Below are positions 10,457 through 20,150 of a stretch of 64,000 bases of DNA, one piece after another. Made by a program: the position numbers and the translations under genes. The stretch is taken from the NCBI GenBank assembly GCA_031409275.1, contig JANNXA010000033.1, positions 32,001-96,000 on the forward strand. Reading direction: 5' to 3'. This stretch comes from Planctomycetota bacterium (GTDB lineage Bacteria > Planctomycetota > B15-G4 > SIAN01). Under the pieces are notes generated by a model. It ran no database searches and was not told the DNA's origin. It was given only the letters and a program-made list of their open reading frames with translations. The first letter of the stretch is position 1. Every line of letters starts with the position of its first letter.

Positions 10457-11500
10457 GTGGCGACGACGAAGACGCTCGGCATCGGGATCATCGGCACCGG
10501 CTGGGTCGCTGGCGCGCACGTCGACCATTGGAAGAAGGTCGCGGGCTGCGAAGTCGTCGCGGTCTGTTCGCGCGAGGAGGAGACGGCGCGCCGCTTCATC
10601 GCCGAGAAGGCGCTGCCGCACGCGGCGGCCTATGCCGATCGCGCGCGCTTCCTGAAGCACAGCGGCCTCGACGTGGTGGTGCTGGCGACGCCGCACCCCA
10701 ACCACCCGGCCGAGACGATCGCCGCCGCGAAGGCGGGCAAGCACATCGTGATCGAGAAGCCGGCGGCGCTCGATGCCGCCAGCTTGAAGAAGATGGTGGC
10801 GGCGGTGAACGCGGCCGGAGTGAAGACGAGCGTCTGCTTCGAACTGCGCTGGATTGGCCTGTTCAAGAACATCAAGGCCTACCTGCAGCAGGGGCTGCTC
10901 GGCGATGTGTTCCACGGCGAGGTGGCCTACAACCACGGTTGCGGCCCCTGGTACAAGCAGTGGGCCTGGAACATCAAGAAGGAGATCAGCGTTTCTGCCG
11001 AGCTGACCGCCGGCTGCCACGCGATCGACGCGCTGGTCTGGTTCATGGGGCGACGCGTGACCGAAGTCGCGGCGATGAAGTGCTTCTCGCCGAAGAACCC
11101 GCTGCAGTACGAGTACGCCCCCAACTCGACGGCGCTGTTCCGCTTCGAGGATGGCGCGACCGGCTCGGTCCACACGTCGATCGAGTGCCGCAACCCCTAC
11201 CACTTCCCGATCGTGCTGCAAGGCGACCGCGGCACCATCAACTACGACAAGCTCTACACGCTCGAATGGCCCGGACAGTCGACTTGGGCCACGATCCCCG
11301 CCGACCTCCCCGACTCCGGCAAGGTCGAGCACCATCCCTACCAGGGCCAGTTCGACCACTTCGCCGACTGCATCCGTCGCGACGTGCGCCCCGACAACGA
11401 CCTGAACGCGTGCGCCCACGTGCATGAGATCTGCTTCGCCATCGAGGAAGCGGCGGCCAGTGGCAGGACCGTCAAAGTGAAGCGCACCGCGGGGACGTGA
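10457..11500 (+). CDS. Gfo/Idh/MocA family NAD(P)-dependent oxidoreductase
   Basis: GIIGTGWVA, ATPHPNH, GKHIVIEKP, GCHAID; GAGGAG before GTG 10457. Confidence 0.9.
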   Translation: MATTKTLGIGIIGTGWVAGAHVDHWKKVAGCEVVAVCSREEETARRFIAEKALPHAAAYADRARFLKHSGLDVVVLATPHPNHPAETIAAAKAGKHIVIEKPAALDAASLKKMVAAVNAAGVKTSVCFELRWIGLFKNIKAYLQQGLLGDVFHGEVAYNHGCGPWYKQWAWNIKKEISVSAELTAGCHAIDALVWFMGRRVTEVAAMKCFSPKNPLQYEYAPNSTALFRFEDGATGSVHTSIECRNPYHFPIVLQGDRGTINYDKLYTLEWPGQSTWATIPADLPDSGKVEHHPYQGQFDHFADCIRRDVRPDNDLNACAHVHEICFAIEEAAASGRTVKVKRTAGT

Positions 11501-11527
11501 GCGCGGCGGAGCGTCCCGTTGCGTCGC

Positions 11528-12895
11528 TCAGCGCGGCCCGCCCTCGGGGCAGCACCGCTCGAGCGCGCTCTCGCGCTGCATCTGCAGGTGGCGCAGGCGC
11601 TCGGCTGGCGAGGGCGGCGCGAAGGTGACCGGATGCGACAACGGTGGCGCCCGCTCGCGAAGCTCGCCGTAGATCGCGTCGAGCGCGGCCGCGTGGTCGG
11701 CGAAGGTGGGGGGCGGCGGCGGGCGCGCGGCGGCGAGCTGCGTTCGCAAGCGCGATTCGTCGAGGCAGCGGAGCAGGTCGCGCTCCAGCGCCGCGATGTC
11801 GCCGGCGCGATGGACGAGCGCACCGCCGCCGGCCCGCCGCGCCGGCGCACCGCTGTCGGAGAGCAGCGCCGGGATCCCGAGCTCGAAGCACTCATCGAGC
11901 ACGTAGCCGTGCGTCTCGAGGCAGGTCGAGGGGAAGACGCCGTAGTCGGGCGCGAGCGAGGCCAGCTGCGCGAAGATGAAGGGGCCGTGGAAGGAGATCG
12001 GTGCCGCGCCGGCCAGACCGCGCAACCGCGCTTCGAGCGCGTCGTCGGCGAACGCGCCCAGCAGGTGGAGCTCCGCGGCGACGCCCGGCCGCGCCGCGAG
12101 CGCGCGCGGGAACGCGGCGACCAGCTCGACGACTCCCTTGTGGGCTGCGAGGCGTCCCCAATAGGCGAAGCGGAGCGGGCGATCGAGCGCCGTCGTCGGC
12201 CGCCGCAAGCCATGCGGCGCATAGGGGAGCGGGAGCGCCGTGATCCGATCGCGCGGGAACGCGAGGCCCGCTGCGACCTGCTCGGCGACGAAGTCGGAAA
12301 TCGCCAGCACGGCGCCGGCGCGGTCGAGCTCGGCCAGGAACTGGCGACGATGGAGCTCGATGCCGATCGCGATCTCCTCCGGACGCTCATGGCCAAATCG
12401 GGGCACGCATGCGGCGCAGTTCTCCGTGGAGAGAGCGCGCGTGCACGGAGCGCCGTCGCGATCGACGCGGAAGCAGCGCGGGCACGAGGCGAGGAAGTCG
12501 TGCAGCGAGACGACGGTCGCGATGCCGCGTGCGGCGGCGCGCTCGACCAGGTCGGTCGTCAGGCGCATCCAGTGCTGCACGTGGACGACATCGGGTCGCT
12601 CGCGCTCGAGCAACTCGTCGAAGAGGCGGCCCGCTTCGGGATGCCAGAGCTTCGCGTGGTGGTCGAAGTAGAGGTCGTCGCGCACCAGACGGTGCACGCG
12701 CACGCCCTCGCGCTCCGCCGTCTCGAGGCGCGTCGTCGCGGCGCGCCGCCCGCTGCCGGCGAGGACCACCACGTCGTGGCCGCGCACGCGCTGCGCTGCG
12801 ACGAGAGCGCCGGCGTACGTCTCGACGCCGCCTGGCCCGTCGGGGGCGAAGGCGTTGACGCAGTGGAGGATCTTCAGCGCGGCGCTCGGTGCCAT
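11528..12895 (-). CDS. Glycosyltransferase family 4 (GT-B fold)
   Basis: GGVETY, PDVVHVQH, SLHDF, YWGRLAAHKG, PSTCLETHGYVLDE. Confidence 0.88.
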   Translation of the reverse strand: MAPSAALKILHCVNAFAPDGPGGVETYAGALVAAQRVRGHDVVVLAGSGRRAATTRLETAEREGVRVHRLVRDDLYFDHHAKLWHPEAGRLFDELLERERPDVVHVQHWMRLTTDLVERAAARGIATVVSLHDFLASCPRCFRVDRDGAPCTRALSTENCAACVPRFGHERPEEIAIGIELHRRQFLAELDRAGAVLAISDFVAEQVAAGLAFPRDRITALPLPYAPHGLRRPTTALDRPLRFAYWGRLAAHKGVVELVAAFPRALAARPGVAAELHLLGAFADDALEARLRGLAGAAPISFHGPFIFAQLASLAPDYGVFPSTCLETHGYVLDECFELGIPALLSDSGAPARRAGGGALVHRAGDIAALERDLLRCLDESRLRTQLAAARPPPPPTFADHAAALDAIYGELRERAPPLSHPVTFAPPSPAERLRHLQMQRESALERCCPEGGPR

Positions 12896-12943
12896 GCGCG
12901 CTAGATAGCGCCCCTCCGCCCCCCGCTACCATCCGCCACCACG

Positions 12944-14059
12944 ATGGGCATCCCGACCAAGGACTATGGTCGCCAGCATCGCGCGCTGTGGAGCGAGCTC
13001 GCGGGCGAGATCGAGCGCTGCCTCTTCGGCGACGATCCGGTCCTCGGCGCGGCGGTCGAGGCGTTCGAGCGGGAGCTCGCCGACTACCACGGCGTCGCTC
13101 ATGCCGTCGGAGTGAACTGCGGCACCGACGCGATCGTGATGGCGCTGCGCGGCCTCGGCGTCCGCGACGGCGACGAGGTCGTCACCAGCGCACACACCTT
13201 CAGCGGTGTCGTCAGCGCGATCGTCCAGGCGGGCGGCGTGCCGCGCCTCGTCGAGCCCGAGCGCGAGACCATGGTGGTCGCGCGCGAGGCGCTGCAGGCG
13301 GCCTGCACGCCGCGCACGCGCGCCCTGCTGCCGGTCCACCTCTATGGCCAGCCGATCGACCTGGTCGGGTTGCGCGACTGGTGCACGGCGCGGGGCCTCG
13401 TGCTGATCGAGGATTGCGCTCAGGCGCACGGCGCGCGGCGCCGCGGCCGCAGCCTCGGGTCGTTCGGCCACGCGGCGGCGACCAGCTTCCACCCGAGCAA
13501 GAACCTCGGCGCGTTCGGCGACGGCGGGGCGGTCCTGACCGATGACGCGAACCTCGCGGCCGCGTTGCGCATCCGGCGCCATCTCGGCAAGGCCGGCAAG
13601 TACGAGATGGTGGCGATCGGTCCGAACAGCAAGCTCGACACGTTGCAGGCAGTGCTGCTGCGGGTGAAGCTGCGCCATCTCGACGAATGGGTCGAGCGGC
13701 GCGCCGCGTTGGCCGAGCGCTACCGCCGCGGCCTCGAGGGCGTCGGCGACCTGGTGCTGCCGCTGCCCGTTCGCGAGGCGGGGGCGCGCCACGCGTGGCA
13801 CCTCTACGTGGTCCGCTCGGCGCGGCGCGACGCCCTGCGCGAGTTCCTCGCGGAGCGCGGCATCAAGACGGGCATGCACTATCCGATTGCGGCGCACGAG
13901 CAGCCGGCGCTGCGCGACCGCTGCCTCGGCGGCCCGTTCCCGCTGGCGGCGGAGCTTGCCCGCACGGTCGTCTCGTTGCCGCTTTCACAGGAGCTGACCG
14001 AGGCGGAGATCGACGTCGTGATCGACGCGACTCGGCGCTTCTTCGCGACGGCCCCATGA
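12944..14059 (+). CDS. DegT/DnrJ/EryC1/StrS PLP-dependent sugar/cyclitol aminotransferase
   Basis: NCGTDA, PVHLYGQ, IEDCAQAHGA, SFHPSKNLGAFGDGG (PLP lysine), WHLYVVR. Confidence 0.95.
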   Translation: MGIPTKDYGRQHRALWSELAGEIERCLFGDDPVLGAAVEAFERELADYHGVAHAVGVNCGTDAIVMALRGLGVRDGDEVVTSAHTFSGVVSAIVQAGGVPRLVEPERETMVVAREALQAACTPRTRALLPVHLYGQPIDLVGLRDWCTARGLVLIEDCAQAHGARRRGRSLGSFGHAAATSFHPSKNLGAFGDGGAVLTDDANLAAALRIRRHLGKAGKYEMVAIGPNSKLDTLQAVLLRVKLRHLDEWVERRAALAERYRRGLEGVGDLVLPLPVREAGARHAWHLYVVRSARRDALREFLAERGIKTGMHYPIAAHEQPALRDRCLGGPFPLAAELARTVVSLPLSQELTEAEIDVVIDATRRFFATAP

Positions 14060-15303
14060 GCGAGCGCGTCGTCTTCGTCGGCGGCGGCGTCTTCGCGGTG
14101 CGCTGGTTCGAGGCGCTCGCGGCCACGGCCGCTCCCGATGAGCTTGACCTGCGGTTGGTGGGACGCGACAAGTCGCGCCTCCATACGGTCGTCGCGCAGG
14201 CGCGCGCGCAGCTCGCGACGTCGCGGCCGAACTGGCGACTGGCGGCGGCGACCGATTTCGCAGCCGGCGTGCGTGGCGCGACGGTCGTCGTGCTGATGGC
14301 GCGGATCGGCGGACTCGAGGCGCGCGCCGCCGACGAAGCGCTCGCGCTGCGCCACGGGATGGCCGGCGACGAAGGGCTCGGAATCGGCGGGACCGCGAAC
14401 GGCTGGCGCACGTTGCCGGTCGTGCGCGCCTGGGCGGCGACGCTGCGGCGCGAGGCGCCCGACGCGTGGGTGGCCAACCTGATGGCGCCGCTCGGCATGA
14501 CGACGCGCGCGTTGCAGGAGGCGGGCGTCGCGGCGACCGGACTCTGCGAGCTGCCGCTGCTGACGCTGCAGGGTTGGCTCGCGAGCGTTCACGAGGAGCT
14601 CGGTGCAGCGCACGGCACCGACGACCTCGACTACGCCGGGCTCAACCATCTCGGCTTCTTCTGGCCGCGCAGCGAGCGCGGCGCCAAATGGCTCGCGGCG
14701 CTGGCGCGCGCCGGCGCCATCGACCCGCAGCTGCTCGCCACACTCGGCGGCGCACCGCTCCACTATTACGAGGCGCTGATCGAGCCGGCCGTCGGCGCGC
14801 GACGCGGCCGCTCGCGGCCGAACGGTCGCGCGCTCGCGTTGATTGAGCTGCGCGAGCGCGCGCTGGCGCGGATGCGCGCCGCACCGGGCGAGCCGGTGAC
14901 GGCGCTCGCCGAGCGGTCGACGCCATGGATCGATCGGCTGCTGGCTCCGACGGTCGCCGCGCTGCTCGCGGGTGAGCGGCTCGACGGCTTTTTCGACCTC
15001 CGCAACGGCGGCCTGCTGCCGAGCGTCTCCGCCGACGCGATCGTCGAGCTGCGGGCGACGCTCGATCGGGGCGGGGCGGCGGCCCGCGCGCCGCTCGCCA
15101 TGCCGGCGCCGATCGGCAAGTTCATCGCCGCCGCGGCAGAGTGGGAGGAGCGGAGCTATCGAGCTGCGCGGGATCGCGATCGAGCCGCGCTTCGCGAGGC
15201 GCTGCTCGCGTGGCCCGGTCCGTGGGAGCGGCGCCTCGGCGCACCGCTCGACGCGCTCGTCGACACCATCGCGACCGTCGAGCCGCCGGAGGACCCGAAG
15301 TGA
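14056..15303 (+). CDS. Divergent glycoside hydrolase family 4 (NAD+/metal-dependent) protein
   Basis: VFVGGG, RIGGLEARAADE, PDAWVAN, GLCELP, YAGLNHL; ATGA overlap with the aminotransferase. Confidence 0.8.
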   Translation: MSERVVFVGGGVFAVRWFEALAATAAPDELDLRLVGRDKSRLHTVVAQARAQLATSRPNWRLAAATDFAAGVRGATVVVLMARIGGLEARAADEALALRHGMAGDEGLGIGGTANGWRTLPVVRAWAATLRREAPDAWVANLMAPLGMTTRALQEAGVAATGLCELPLLTLQGWLASVHEELGAAHGTDDLDYAGLNHLGFFWPRSERGAKWLAALARAGAIDPQLLATLGGAPLHYYEALIEPAVGARRGRSRPNGRALALIELRERALARMRAAPGEPVTALAERSTPWIDRLLAPTVAALLAGERLDGFFDLRNGGLLPSVSADAIVELRATLDRGGAAARAPLAMPAPIGKFIAAAAEWEERSYRAARDRDRAALREALLAWPGPWERRLGAPLDALVDTIATVEPPEDPK

Positions 15304-16262
15304 AACTGGGAGTTTGCGCACAGGCGCTACCGCGCACCTCGCTGGTCGCGGCGCTCGACGCGGCGCGCGACCTCGGGTTCGAGGCGATCGAGCTGCCGGT
15401 CGACGCCGCGAGCCCCTGGATCGACCTCGATGCCGCGCTGGCCGGCGGATGGCGGGTGATCGCCGCGGCGCTGCGTGAGCGAGGGCTCTCGCTGAGCGCG
15501 CTCTCGAACCATCAGGAGGGGCAGCTGCTGCTCGGGCCGCACGGCGAGGAGACGGCGGCGATCCATCGCGGCACTCCCGACGAGCAGGTCGCCTACGCGC
15601 TCCATCGTCTCCGCCAGACCGCCGAGCTGGCGCGCCGGCTCGAGGTCGACGTCGTCTGCGGCTTCACCGGCTGCTCGAACTGGACGCGCTTCTTTCCGTG
15701 GCCGCTGCGCGACGGCTGGGAGCAGATGGAGGCGCCGTTCCGCGAGCGGATGCGGCCGCTGCTCGACGACTTCGAGCGCCTCGGCGTCCGCTTCGCCCAC
15801 GAGTGCCACCCGCTGCAGTTCGCCTACAACACCGAGACGGCGGCGCGCGCGGTCGAGCTGCTCGACGGCCACCCAGCGTTCTGCTTCAACCTCGATCCCG
15901 CCAATCTGCTCCTGGTCGGGGTCGATCCAGTCCTGTTCGCGGTGGAGCACGGCGCGCGCGTCGTCCACGTGCACGGCAAGGACGGCGAGCTGGTCGCCCA
16001 TCACGCCGCGCGCTCCGGCCTGCTGGCGCACGGTCCCTGGCATCGATCGGGACGCGGCTTCCGCTTCCGCGTGCCGGGTTGGGGCGACGTGCCTTGGAGG
16101 CGCCTGATCAGCGAGCTGCAGCTCGCTGGCTTCCACGGCGTCATCGCGGTGGAGCACGAGGATCCGACCATGTCGGAACGAGAGGGGCTGCTGCAGGCGA
16201 TTCGCTTCCTGCAGCCGCTGCTGTTGCGTGATCCGCCGCCGGGGGAGCGCCGCTGGTGGTGA
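15300..16262 (+). CDS. Sugar phosphate isomerase/epimerase (xylose-isomerase-like TIM barrel)
   Basis: FAHECHP, FNLDPANL, HVHGKD, RVPGWGDVPW, AVEHED; GTGA overlap. Confidence 0.9.
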   Translation: MKLGVCAQALPRTSLVAALDAARDLGFEAIELPVDAASPWIDLDAALAGGWRVIAAALRERGLSLSALSNHQEGQLLLGPHGEETAAIHRGTPDEQVAYALHRLRQTAELARRLEVDVVCGFTGCSNWTRFFPWPLRDGWEQMEAPFRERMRPLLDDFERLGVRFAHECHPLQFAYNTETAARAVELLDGHPAFCFNLDPANLLLVGVDPVLFAVEHGARVVHVHGKDGELVAHHAARSGLLAHGPWHRSGRGFRFRVPGWGDVPWRRLISELQLAGFHGVIAVEHEDPTMSEREGLLQAIRFLQPLLLRDPPPGERRWW

Positions 16263-18166
16263 GCGACTCGTCCTCGGGCCGGAAGCCGCCGCGCGACGAG
16301 TTGCGCGACCAACCGAGCGACGAACCGCTCGATGTGGTGGCGCGCCTCGCCGACCACCAGCAGAACCTGTGGCCCGCGCCGCCGACACCGTCGCGGGTCG
16401 CTTTGCTGGCGTTGCCCTTGCCGCGAATCGTCGACGCACTGCTTGGCGCGGAGCGGGACACGGCGCGCTCCAACTGGCTCGCCGATCGCGCCGCGGAACT
16501 CGGAGGCGGCGACGGCCCGCTGCCGATCGTCGATCTTGGTGGTGAGTTCGCGCGGCTCGGCACGGCGAGCGCGACGTGTTCCCGGTTCGACGCGCGCCTT
16601 GACGCGCTCGGCGCGAGCGGCGTTCGTCGACTGATCGTGGTCGGCGGGCAGGAGAACCGTGGCTTCGCGCGAGCCGTCGCGGCGCGCTGGTCGGGCGAGC
16701 TGCAGCCGCTGCAGTGGCCGCTCGATGCTTGGCTGGCGAACGTGCCGGCGCTGCGCGACGACGAGCGGCCGCCGCCGGACGGTCGGCAGGCCGTACGCGC
16801 ATCCGATCCGGCTCGCCGTCTCGGTCCGTGGTGGGGTTTTGTGCCACCGCGCGCGCTTCTCGGGACGCGCGAAGGCGCGGAGCTGCGTGCCGCATGGCAG
16901 GCCTACTGGTGCGCGCGCGGCCGGCCCGACGCGGTGCGCTGCGCCGTCCTCGGGCTCGACTCCGACCTCGAGGCCGCGCTGCAAGTCGCGTCGTGCTCCT
17001 CCGATTCGCCGCCGCCGTCCGACCGTGCGGGCGCGCTCGCGCGCCACGTCGCCATCACCGGCCTCGACGGCGCCGGCAAGTCGACCCACGCCGCTCGCCT
17101 CGCCGCCGCGCAGGCGGCGCGCGGACGGCAGGTTGCCGTGGTGAAGATCTATCGGCAGGGCGCGTTCCTCGAGCTCGCCGGCGAGCTCGGCGCGCGAACG
17201 CGCCGCGGGGCTCCGCTCGCCGCCTTCCGCGTCTCCCGGCTCGTCAAGCTGATCGACAGCGCGCGCGTGCTCCGCGATCGCCTCGCGCCGATCGCCGGCA
17301 GCTGCGACCTGCTGCTGCTCGATCGCTGGCTCGAGACGCATGTCGCCGCGGCACGCAGCCAGCTCGGCTGGGATCTCTCCGGCCATCCGCTGCTCGCCGC
17401 GTTCCCGCACGTCGATCGGCGCTACTGGCTCGAGCTCGATCCCGCGCAGGCGATCGCGCGGCTCGATGCGCGGCCGGAACGTCGGAGTGCCGACGAGCAC
17501 GCGACTGGCTTGCGCGGCTACGCCCGCGAATTCAACCGCCTCGCCGTGGGGACGGGCGAGCGGCGCCTCGCCGCCAGCGCGCCGATCGAGGAGAACGCGG
17601 CGCGGCTCCTCGCCGAGGTCGACACGCTGCTCGGTCCGCCGCGCGCCGGCGGAGCCGTCGTGGCGATCGAGAATGCGGCGCCGCCGCGACTGCCTTTCGA
17701 TCCCGCGCGCGAGCGCTGCGCGGTCCACCTCGGCGCGGCGACCGACGGGAGCGAGCTCGGTCGCGACCTCTTCGCGCTGCGCGCCGATCTGCGTCAGCGG
17801 TCAGGCGCGGTGCTCGACGGGCTGCCGGAGGCGACATGGATCGAGGCGTATGCGGCGGAGCTGCTGTTGGCGCTCGCGACGACGCGGCCGCGCCGCGCCG
17901 CCGTCGCGCTGTGGCCCGCGGCGTTGGCGCTGATGGAGGAGCTCGGCGACCTGCCGATGCTCGACGAGCTCGCGCGGATGGTCGAGGCCGAGACGATCGT
18001 CGGGTCGTGGGGCGATCGCGTTGAGGTCGAGCGTGCCGCGGCGGAGGCGTTCCGCGCGTTTGGCTTCGCGCCGCGTGGCGCCGAACGGTTCGCCGCGAGC
18101 TACGGCGACTCGTTGCGCGCGCTGTCGCGAGCGTGGAGTGCCGCGCCGATCGCGCCCGCCTCGTAG
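16259..18166 (+). CDS. Multidomain protein with central thymidylate-kinase-like P-loop domain
   Basis: ITGLDGAGKST P-loop and LLLDRW; GTG 16259 overlaps the upstream stop; flanking domains unassigned. Confidence 0.7.
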   Translation: MSDSSSGRKPPRDELRDQPSDEPLDVVARLADHQQNLWPAPPTPSRVALLALPLPRIVDALLGAERDTARSNWLADRAAELGGGDGPLPIVDLGGEFARLGTASATCSRFDARLDALGASGVRRLIVVGGQENRGFARAVAARWSGELQPLQWPLDAWLANVPALRDDERPPPDGRQAVRASDPARRLGPWWGFVPPRALLGTREGAELRAAWQAYWCARGRPDAVRCAVLGLDSDLEAALQVASCSSDSPPPSDRAGALARHVAITGLDGAGKSTHAARLAAAQAARGRQVAVVKIYRQGAFLELAGELGARTRRGAPLAAFRVSRLVKLIDSARVLRDRLAPIAGSCDLLLLDRWLETHVAAARSQLGWDLSGHPLLAAFPHVDRRYWLELDPAQAIARLDARPERRSADEHATGLRGYAREFNRLAVGTGERRLAASAPIEENAARLLAEVDTLLGPPRAGGAVVAIENAAPPRLPFDPARERCAVHLGAATDGSELGRDLFALRADLRQRSGAVLDGLPEATWIEAYAAELLLALATTRPRRAAVALWPAALALMEELGDLPMLDELARMVEAETIVGSWGDRVEVERAAAEAFRAFGFAPRGAERFAASYGDSLRALSRAWSAAPIAPAS

Positions 18167-19026
18167 CCGCTGCGCGCCCGCTCCACGCGCGTCGCCGTGC
18201 CGATCTCCGCCATCGCGTCGCGTTGCATCGCCGCTTCCACGGCGGAAACGAAGCCGGAGTCGAGCTCGACGACGCCGCCGCCGAGCACCAGGAGCGGCAG
18301 CGCCAGCAGGTTGGTCGCGCTCGCCAGCGCGCCGCCGAGCGCAGCCGCCGCCGTCGCGAGGGCCGCGGCGACGCGCGGGGCGTCCGCTACGGCGGCGTCC
18401 GCGAGTCCGCCCTTCGCCAGTCCGAGCTGGCGCTCGATCGCGCCACCCGACGCGATGGCGCCGATGCAGCCGCGCCGTCCGCACGCGCACTCGGGGCCGT
18501 TGCGATCGACGGAGAGGTGGCCGATTTCGCCGGCGAGACCGCCCTGCCCCGGCCAGAGTTCGCCGCGCAACACCAGGGCGCCGCCGATGCCCGTGCCGAC
18601 CGCGAGGAAGAGGAAGTCGCGATCGGCGCCCTCGCGGACGGCGAGCTCGGCGCGCGCCGCTTGATGGACGTCGTTGTCGAGGCAGACCGGCAGCGCGAGC
18701 CGCTCGGCCAGCTGCGCCGCAAGCGGCACCTCGCGCCACTCGCGCAGGATCACCGAGCTGCGCGCGACGCCGCGCGCCGAATCGACAAGGCCGGGGAATC
18801 CGATGCCCGCTGCGCGCGCCCGGTGAGTGGGCGCCAGCGCCGCGAGCTGCTCCGCCAGCGCCGCCATCGCCTCGACCACGCGAGCCGGCGAGCCGGCGGG
18901 GGTCGCGACGCGCTGCTGGGCGACGATGCGGCCGGCCGCGTCGACCAGCGCGGCGAGGAGCTTCGTCCCGCCGAGGTCGAATCCGAAGGTCGCGAGCCCG
19001 CCGCCGTGCTCAGCCGGCATGCGCAA
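18100..19026 (-). CDS. ROK family sugar/cyclitol kinase
   Basis: GFDLGGTK, GIGFPG, LDNDV, VGTGIGG, AGEIGH, CACGRRGC; no N-terminal HTH. Confidence 0.92.
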   Translation of the reverse strand: MRMPAEHGGGLATFGFDLGGTKLLAALVDAAGRIVAQQRVATPAGSPARVVEAMAALAEQLAALAPTHRARAAGIGFPGLVDSARGVARSSVILREWREVPLAAQLAERLALPVCLDNDVHQAARAELAVREGADRDFLFLAVGTGIGGALVLRGELWPGQGGLAGEIGHLSVDRNGPECACGRRGCIGAIASGGAIERQLGLAKGGLADAAVADAPRVAAALATAAAALGGALASATNLLALPLLVLGGGVVELDSGFVSAVEAAMQRDAMAEIGTATRVERARSGYEAGAIGAALHARDSARNESP

Positions 19027-20146
19027 CCCGAGCGCGGGGGCGAGGCTCCGTCCGCGCCATCGCGGCCGAGACGGCAGCGGCGAGCTCCGCGCCGTCCACT
19101 TCGTCGATCGTCACCGACGTGGCGGAGGTCGGCAGGACGTAGTGGAGCCGGTTGCCGCGCACCAGGCGGATCGCCGCAAGCCGGTCGAGCGCTGCGCACA
19201 GCCGCTCCGGCGCGACGGGCGGCGGAAGCTCGAAGCGGGCGAGCAGTGCGACGATGCGGTCGCGGTCGATTTCCGTGCAAAGGCCGCGGGCGCGGGCGAG
19301 CTCGAGGGCGACGATCAGCCCCCACGCGACCGCTTCGCCGTGCAGGATCCCCTCGTAGCCGAGCTCGGTCTCGAGCGCGTGGCCGAAGGTGTGGCCGAGG
19401 TTCAGCGGGCGGCGCAGGTCGCGCTCGTACGGGTCGCCGGCCAGCAGCTCGATCTTCTTCGCCGCCGAGCGGGCGACGACTTTCGTCAGCGCCGCGGGGT
19501 CGCCCGCGAGCAGGCGACGCGCGTCGCTCTCGAGCGTCTCGAGGAGGGGCAGGTCGCCGATCATCGCGACCTTCACCGACTCGGCGAGACCGGCGGCGAG
19601 CTGACGTCGATCGAGCGTGTGCAGCGTCTCCGGGTCGATCCAGACGTGCTGCGGATGGTGGAACGCTCCGAGGAAGTTCTTCGCCCACGGCGCGTTGACG
19701 GCGACCTTTCCGCCGATGGAGGCGTCGTGCTGCGCGAGCAGCGTGGTCGGCACGTTGGCGTACGCGATGCCGCGCATGTAGGTCGCGGCGACCATGCCGC
19801 CGAGGTCGCAGACGACGCCGCCGCCGACGTTGACGATCACGCCGCGCCGATCGAGGCCGGCGGCTTGCAACTCGCCGACGAGCCGCTGCCACTGCTCGAC
19901 GCTCTTCGACGCCTCGCCCGCCGGCACGACGTGGAGCGTGGCGATCCGCCCGTTCGCATGCAGGGCGGAGCGAAGCGGTTGCGCGTAGAGCGGCGCGACG
20001 CCGTCGTCGCTCAGCAGCGCGAGGCGAGCGCCCGGGAAGCGCTCGTCCAGCAGCGCCGGCAGCTCGCCGAGAAGGCCGCGCCGGATCTCGACCGTGTAGC
20101 GACGGTGGGCATCGGCCGATACCTCGAGCTTGGAACGCGGCTCCAT
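19010..20146 (-). CDS. 3-dehydroquinate synthase-family sugar-phosphate cyclase
   Basis: GEASK, GGGVVCD, YMRGI, PTTLLAQHDASIGGK, KNFLGAF, AESVK, LNLGHTFGHALE, HGEAV. Confidence 0.9.
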   Translation of the reverse strand: MEPRSKLEVSADAHRRYTVEIRRGLLGELPALLDERFPGARLALLSDDGVAPLYAQPLRSALHANGRIATLHVVPAGEASKSVEQWQRLVGELQAAGLDRRGVIVNVGGGVVCDLGGMVAATYMRGIAYANVPTTLLAQHDASIGGKVAVNAPWAKNFLGAFHHPQHVWIDPETLHTLDRRQLAAGLAESVKVAMIGDLPLLETLESDARRLLAGDPAALTKVVARSAAKKIELLAGDPYERDLRRPLNLGHTFGHALETELGYEGILHGEAVAWGLIVALELARARGLCTEIDRDRIVALLARFELPPPVAPERLCAALDRLAAIRLVRGNRLHYVLPTSATSVTIDEVDGAELAAAVSAAMARTEPRPRARVAHAG

Positions 20147-20150
20147 CGGC

